From NCBI GenBank assembly GCA_021513715.1, contig CP084167.1, positions 2,336,001 to 2,400,000 of the forward strand: a stretch of 64,000 nucleotides of DNA, given 5' to 3'. The notes below the pieces were generated by a model that searched no databases, was not told the DNA's origin, and saw only the letters and a program-made list of their open reading frames with translations. Numbering within the stretch: position 1 is the first letter of the stretch; each line of letters opens with the position of its first letter. The translations under genes were made by a program, and so were the position numbers. The DNA comes from Candidatus Heimdallarchaeum endolithica. GTDB lineage: Archaea > Asgardarchaeota > Heimdallarchaeia > Heimdallarchaeales > Heimdallarchaeaceae. Of the stretch, positions 58,320 through 64,000 are shown piece after piece.

Positions 58320-59267
58320 ATGCTTTCTATCGTTATTCCCGTATATAATGAGGAAGAATCTCTTCCTTCACTTTACTCTGAGTTACAAGAAGTTCTTTCC
58401 TCACTCAACATCCAATACGAAATCATCTTTATAAACGATGGTTCTACTGATAAAAGCCTATCAGTTTTAAAAGAAATATATTCCAAAGATAGCTCACATA
58501 TTAGAATTATTGACCTCCGCCGAAATTTTGGTCAGACTGCAGCTCTATTGGCTGGATTTCAACATGCTCGCGGCGATTTAGTATTATCTCTTGATGCAGA
58601 TGGTCAGAACGACCCTCACGATATTCCGTTATTACTTAATACTTTGACAGAAGAAATAGATGTTATTTGTGGATGGCGTTATCCTCGTCACGATCCTTTT
58701 TTTCGCAAAATTCTCCCTTCTCGTGTCTCAAACTTTCTTAACCGAAAAATCAATAATTTAGACATTCATGACAGCGGTTGTACTCTTAGACTGTACCGTA
58801 TTGAGGCAGTAAAAAATCTCTCCTTAATGCGTGGAGAACATCGTTATATTCCTGCGATATTAAGTCATCAAGGATTTAACATTTCTGAAGTTAAAGTTAA
58901 TCACCGCCCTCGTGTTAAAGGTAAAAGTAAATATGGTTTCAACCGTCTTTTTTCTGGTTTTTTCGATTTATTTATGATTAAGCTCTTATCTAACTATAAC
59001 CAAAAACCTATTCGATTATTCGCTAAAATAGGCTTTTTATTCTTAATTACAGCTTTTTCTTTAGGAACCTATCTTTTAATAGTAAAATACGCTTTGGGGC
59101 AAGATATAGGTGATCGTCCTTTACTTTTACTAACTTTACTTCTTGGTTTGTCTGGTTTCCAATTCTTGCTTTCAGGCTTTATGACAGAACTAATTGTTAG
59201 ACATACCAGTTATGTAAATAATCCAAGTACAGATATTACCTACCATATCAAAAAGATATATGAATAA
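58320..59267 (+). CDS. GT2 glycosyltransferase, polyprenol-phosphate (ArnC/DPM-like) with two C-terminal TMs
   Basis: SIVIPVYNEE, NDGSTD, RRNFGQTAAL, LDADGQNDP, HRPRVKGKSKY. Confidence 0.95.
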   Translation: MLSIVIPVYNEEESLPSLYSELQEVLSSLNIQYEIIFINDGSTDKSLSVLKEIYSKDSSHIRIIDLRRNFGQTAALLAGFQHARGDLVLSLDADGQNDPHDIPLLLNTLTEEIDVICGWRYPRHDPFFRKILPSRVSNFLNRKINNLDIHDSGCTLRLYRIEAVKNLSLMRGEHRYIPAILSHQGFNISEVKVNHRPRVKGKSKYGFNRLFSGFFDLFMIKLLSNYNQKPIRLFAKIGFLFLITAFSLGTYLLIVKYALGQDIGDRPLLLLTLLLGLSGFQFLLSGFMTELIVRHTSYVNNPSTDITYHIKKIYE

Positions 59268-59425
59268 TTCTTTCTTTCATTTTGTTTTATTGAAGTTTGT
59301 TTATTATTTACAAAGTTTTAAGTTTGATGTCTTTTGCAAGACCTCTTCTATAGTCTGTAAAGATTTATTAGAAATAATGATTCAAGGTAGAAAAAGAGTT
59401 TTTTGCTCTCTGTTTGCTTAGTAAT

Positions 59426-60088
59426 TTATATGGCTTTGAAATAGTATTTCTTGGGTTCATATATGTCTCCGCTTTTAATTAGGCTTTGTATAGCTTTTTC
59501 TACTTTCTCTCCTTCTTCACCTATTTTGTCTAATATCTCTTTCATACTTAATGCATTTTCTGTTTCTTGTAAAAGTATTAGTACTTCTGCAGTAATTTTG
59601 TTTAATGATTCTTGTTCTTCACTTTCTTCAAAAGTTTGTTTTTCTTCTTTTATTTTTATTCCTTTTTTTGTATATCTCTTTGCTCTGACTAATCTTAGGT
59701 ATATTTCTTTGTCTATGCTTTCAATTTTCATGGGTCTCTCTGGTAATACGAAAATTTCCTCTTCGTTTCCTCTTGGTTTCCCAATTACGTCTATTTGTTC
59801 ACCTTTGTCAAACCTATTAAGTTCAGCTGCACTAAGTTCCCAAGCTTTGACTGCAATTACCCCTGTTCCATCGTCTACTGATAACATAGTATAATCTTTC
59901 TTTCCTTCAATTCCTTCAGAATGATATTTGTCTACGATTGTTCCAACTATTCTTACCCTTTCAATCAACTCTCCATTTTTTGTAAGAATGGCCATTTGAA
60001 AAGGATTTTCAGGGTCTGTTCTGAGTGTACCATTAATCAAATCATAAATATAAACAATTATAGCAGGAGGTGATACGAATTGACTCAT
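59426..60088 (-). CDS. Replication protein A subunit 2-like (OB fold + C-terminal winged helix)
   Basis: RVRIVGTIV, VDDGTGVIAVKAW, AIQSLIKSGDIYEP. Confidence 0.85.
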   Translation of the reverse strand: MSQFVSPPAIIVYIYDLINGTLRTDPENPFQMAILTKNGELIERVRIVGTIVDKYHSEGIEGKKDYTMLSVDDGTGVIAVKAWELSAAELNRFDKGEQIDVIGKPRGNEEEIFVLPERPMKIESIDKEIYLRLVRAKRYTKKGIKIKEEKQTFEESEEQESLNKITAEVLILLQETENALSMKEILDKIGEEGEKVEKAIQSLIKSGDIYEPKKYYFKAI

Positions 60089-60629
60089 AGTTTAACCTAT
60101 TGATATAGATTAAAAATGTTTACTACTTTTACTTTTTTGCCCTTACCTCTTTAAGCAAAAAACTAACTGGCTTTTTTGGCTATTTATCTGTTTTCTCTTC
60201 TTATCTTTTATTTTAGTATAGCTGATAAAAAATTTAAGAGGTTATCGAACTTTCAATAAAAAGTTTTTTTATTCTCTTTAGTACTTCCGAATTATCTCAA
60301 AAAGTATAAATTGAGAACACCCCAATGATAGTATGAACGCCTATAATTTTAACCTATAGAAATCGGTCAACTTATTGCGGAAGTACTATCTCTTTAAGGA
60401 AATGTTAAAGTTCACCTCAAATCTTGGTACACAAAGATGAAAAAGCAAAACCTTTTTTTATTAATGTCAATTTTATTTACTCTCATCTTTTCCATTGTAA
60501 TTATAGGGGATCCTACTAATGCACAATTAAACGGACAGAAACAAGAAAAAGATTCTTCTTTTTACTCCTCTACAATTAAACATGATTTAATTGGACATGC
60601 CCTTCTGTTTTTGTTAAGTTCCAACAATA

Positions 60630-61367
60630 CTAATAATTTCTAGTAAGTTTTGTTTCGAGAACAATGGTAGGTTTATAAATAGAATCATAGAAGAACTTTA
60701 TTCCAATAAAAAGCAAGAAAACGACTTCTAAATAAGCATAAATAATTAGCATAGTTACTCCTAAGTCCAACGAATTAGGCTGGTTTTCCCTAAGTCCAAG
60801 AGAAATGAGCGTGAAACCTAGACAGTAAAATATGGCATAAGTTATTGCATAAAGAAAAAGGAGAAATGTACCATATTTTTTTACTGGTAAAGCTAGAATG
60901 CGGTATGACTTAAACAGAACTTTGATTCGAATAAAACTAAAAATTGAGAAGAGAAATAAAAGCAGTAAAGGATGAAATGTTATCATCTTTAATTCTACTG
61001 TGTGTTGTAGAATGTTGGTGAAAACAAATAAGATTAAAAGAAGGGGAAAAACTTTTCCATCTTTAATTTCTTCTGAAAATGCAGACCCAACTCGATTAAC
61101 AGGAAAATAAAGAAATAAAAAACCTATAGTATAGCTAATATTGCTGATAATTACCAAAGGAAGAGAAATTTCAGCATCAAATAAATTATATTTCCCAAAT
61201 AAGATATACATTAATATCCTCTCATCATAAGCAGTTAAAAAATCAGCAGTATCAAAGCGAATAAGCCGTATAATGAAAATAATAGCTGTTAAAAAGAGCA
61301 TTATTCCAATAATAAAATTAAAAGAAGAGATATTATTTTTTTGGTGATTTTGTTCTTCATTTAACAT
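60630..61367 (-). CDS. Multi-pass membrane protein, unknown function
   Basis: 245-aa ORF with about six hydrophobic helices. Confidence 0.7.
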   Translation of the reverse strand: MLNEEQNHQKNNISSFNFIIGIMLFLTAIIFIIRLIRFDTADFLTAYDERILMYILFGKYNLFDAEISLPLVIISNISYTIGFLFLYFPVNRVGSAFSEEIKDGKVFPLLLILFVFTNILQHTVELKMITFHPLLLLFLFSIFSFIRIKVLFKSYRILALPVKKYGTFLLFLYAITYAIFYCLGFTLISLGLRENQPNSLDLGVTMLIIYAYLEVVFLLFIGIKFFYDSIYKPTIVLETKLTRNY

Positions 61368-61772
61368 AAAAACAACAAAACATTATATATTTTAAAAATG
61401 TGTAATATCAAAATTAAAATGGTTAAAAAGTGATTTATAAGCATTAAAAATAAATTCTTAACTAGATCAAATAAAAATTGTAAAGATTATTTAATTATTT
61501 ACTCATATGAGTGTAGAAATGACATATTGTTATTAGTAACTACCTACTACATTATCGTGCTGAAATAAATCAAATATAGACATTGGTTTTTCCTATTATA
61601 AAGCAGAGAAATTCAGTTGTCACATTTTAACATTAAAACAATAAAAACGAATGTGTTTTGTGTATCTTACCAAGAGCATTATTTGAAATAAATATATTTT
61701 CCTTAAGTCCTCATTCATTTATTCATTTCAAAATTGACTTCTCTTGCTAATTATTTGTTCAGAAAATAGTTT

Positions 61773-61893
61773 TGGAGCCTCAGGCGTGATTTGAACACGC
61801 GACACCCGGATTGCTGCACAAGTGCTGAAACAGTTTAGTTTTTCAGCGTTTTTGGTTCTTCAGTCCGGCGCTCTCCCGCTGAGCTACTGAGGC
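61773..61893 (-). tRNA. tRNA-Phe(GAA) with 46-nt intron at 37/38 (61812-61857), encoded CCA
   Basis: GCCTCAG/CTGAGGC acceptor, CCGGA-CTGAAG^A-TCCGG anticodon arm, GCGTG-TTCAAAT-CACGC T arm. Confidence 0.94.
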
Positions 61894-62079
61894 ACTTGGT
61901 TTGTTTTAGGGCTTAAAACACTGTTGTACTTGAAGTCTTTTTTACTCGTGTTTTGTCCCGTTTTTTACAAATGTTTCCCTTTTAAAAATTTTTCTAATTA
62001 CTAGTGCTTCTGAATTATCGTGACAACTATTAATTTAATGGACCAGGTGACAAATTTTTCCTATATCTATTTTTTTGAG

Positions 62080-63008
62080 CTAATTAATGTAATCGTTTAA
62101 CTTACTGTTCTTGTTTAACCAGTATTTTTTTCCAAACAATTTCTTTATTTTTGGGATTTTTTTATTTGGTGCAAAGATTTCATCTATATATTCACACATT
62201 CTACATTTTTCTTCACAAAAAGCTCTTTCTTTAATTACACAAGGTAATTGTTCTTCGATTTTTACTTTCACAACAAAAGATATAACCTTACTAATCCTCT
62301 TTAGTTCTATGTTATCCTCAGTAAAATCTAATATTACTCGTTTCTTTTCATTATTGTTGTTTAGGTACCACAGTTCAGGAACGATTTCGATGTTAGGTTT
62401 CTTTTTTCTAAGGATTTCAGAGTAGGTTAGAACTTGCTTTTTGTCTCTGAACGATTTTTCTCTTGTTTTTAGTTCTATCACTCTTATTGCTTTTCGATCT
62501 ACTGTCCAAGCTAAAATGTCTATTCGACCTGTTAAAAGAAATTTCTCTGATAATTCATACTCAATTTTATATTCAGTTCCGATAACAAGAGAAATTAGTC
62601 TTCCGTTATTAGTTTCTTCAACTAAAGTAGAACAAAACATAGCTAAAGAGCGTAAATTAAAATAAAGCTCATCGTCAAACTTTACTTCTTTTTCTCTCTC
62701 AATTATACAATCAAAGTCCTTCTCTCCATCAGGAAAGAAAAATCTTTCCTACACTCATTTAGAGCAGAAAAAAAAGATTCTTGGACGGATAATTTTTCTT
62801 GTATATAAAAATGTTCTACTAAGTCGAAATTATTTGATAAAACAGATTGTAGAAGTAGATGGTAAAAAGTTCCTAATTCCATAGACCGTGTAGAAGCATA
62901 CTCTCTTAATTTATTCATTTTAAGTAGAAGAGCGATATAAGGTCTAATTGTACAAAAATCATCATCAAGAACATCAGTAACGCTAATACGAATAGGTTTA
63001 GAGATCAT
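62080..63008 (-). pseudogene. Cas4-like PD-(D/E)XK Fe-S nuclease, second copy, with 1-nt frameshift near 62750
   Basis: MISKPIRISVTDVLDDDFCTIRP start at 63008; GAGTGTAGGAAAGA (14 nt) versus GAGTTGACAGAAAGA (15 nt) in the paralog; GRIDIL, IELKT, FCEEKCRMC. Confidence 0.82.
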
Positions 63009-63223
63009 GTTACTCACACTAATTATTAATTTTTGAATTAATTTATAAAAAAGGAAAAAGAGAATTATTAAAAAAGAATATAAAAAAATCCTATGAAAAC
63101 AAGTATTCCAAACAGTGAAAACATAAAAAGGAAATAAAGAGAATAGGAAGGGATTATTTGAATTAATTATAATAATAGTTGTAAAAAGCATGTATTGAGT
63201 GTACATAAAGTAAAGATAGGAGA

Positions 63224-63523
63224 TTAAGTGATTTCTTTCAATTTTTTTAATATCTCAACAACTTTCTTTCCTCTAGTAGTAAGCGAAAAAAACCTGCGGT
63301 TGTAAGGGGGTTCTTTTTTTTCATTAATCAGTTCCTGATCTAAAAGTTTGCGAACAGCGGTATAAATAGCTGTTTGCCCAATTTTTACAGTATCCTTAAT
63401 AATACTTGATAAATTAGCGTTCTTCTTTTCATCTAAATAAATGAGAATATGTATCGCTCCTTTTTGTTCTAGGGTTGCTATCAATTCTTTGAAAGAATAG
63501 TTCTCAGTGTCATTCATACGCAT
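63224..63523 (-). CDS. Winged-helix regulator, paralog of 19991-20290
   Basis: LEQKGAIHILIYL...QTAIYTAVRKLL...PPYNRRFFSLTTRG. Confidence 0.88.
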   Translation of the reverse strand: MRMNDTENYSFKELIATLEQKGAIHILIYLDEKKNANLSSIIKDTVKIGQTAIYTAVRKLLDQELINEKKEPPYNRRFFSLTTRGKKVVEILKKLKEIT

Positions 63524-63959
63524 TTAACACCGTTAGAATATATAAAACATGTCTTCGTCTTAACAATTAACGTAATTATAAAAACAAAAGTTTAAATAAT
63601 ATATTGTAGATAAACTAAATGAGTATTTATTCTTCAGTAATAGATATTCAGAGCGACGGAAGTGATAAAACATGAAAGGAGAAAAAAATGCGAAAAAAAG
63701 AAAAAGGAAAAAAAACTTTTATTCATTATTTAGTCGCTCCAGACAATAAAAGGGAAGAAGAACAGTTTGCTTACAAAACTCTTAAACATTCTATAAAGGA
63801 CAGAATCTTATTTAATCCTTCGAGTACTTTTACTTTTCACTTCTATGATAGAGTCCAAGATTTTTTGCTTTCTTTAAAAACCATTTCACAGATTATTTTT
63901 TTAGAAATTTATATTTTTTTTAATCTTCCTTCATTTCACATATATGGAGGGAATAAGAA

Positions 63960-64000
63960 ATGACAATAACTGAGAATGAAACAATACAGCAGGAATCACC
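63960..64000 (+). CDS. Start of an ORF running off the window; positional equivalent of the 20751 gene
   Basis: GGAGG at 63946-63950 then ATG 63960 (MTITE... versus MTVSE...); only 13 codons visible. Confidence 0.45.
   Translation, partial: MTITENETIQQES

Larger units (their letters stand above)
62066..64000. mobile_element. Left end of a second, paralogous aloposon-like element, truncated by the window edge
   Basis: DNA homology to 16446-18470, same Cas4-like and wHTH genes in the same orientation, shared GAGCGACGGAA motif. Confidence 0.75.

Noticed and set aside
60437-60643. 68-aa ORF with signal-peptide-like start
   Set aside because: Too short and overlaps the convergent gene's end; could be a remnant but cannot be supported
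63009-63206. N-terminal extension of ORF 62703-63206
   Set aside because: Homology with the paralog supports a start at 63008; the extension is AT-rich intergenic sequence

Overview
AT-rich archaeal chromosomal window, most likely from an Asgard (Heimdallarchaeia-like) host. The sequence shows eS26, an RPA2-like gene, a TrmY-like gene and intron-containing tRNAs; the taxonomic call is inference. Bases 1-16 kb and 54.6-61.9 kb hold ordinary host genes. Between them lies a ~38 kb integrated element with a Cas4-like nuclease pseudogene (interrupted by an IS481-family IS with a 17-bp target duplication), a DUF4365-like nuclease whose C-terminal half resembles an HK97 capsid fold, a wHTH regulator, a 390-aa unknown, a divergent MinD/ParA ATPase, a beta-helix surface protein, a 32-bp tandem repeat and two tandem giant genes (4225 and 5541 aa). 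From memory, this architecture matches the 'aloposons' described from circularized Heimdallarchaeum genomes, so the element class is probably known. Less expected: (i) the element is bracketed by 154-bp INVERTED repeats made of the tRNA-Asn upstream region plus the 5' part of the gene (intact copy on the right, truncated divergent copy on the left), and no integrase is recognisable; (ii) the nuclease-capsid-like fusion occupies a cargo slot that is empty in a second, paralogous element starting beside tRNA-Phe at the window end; (iii) a tRNA-Ala has its intron in the T-loop. All domain calls are by eye, without database searches.
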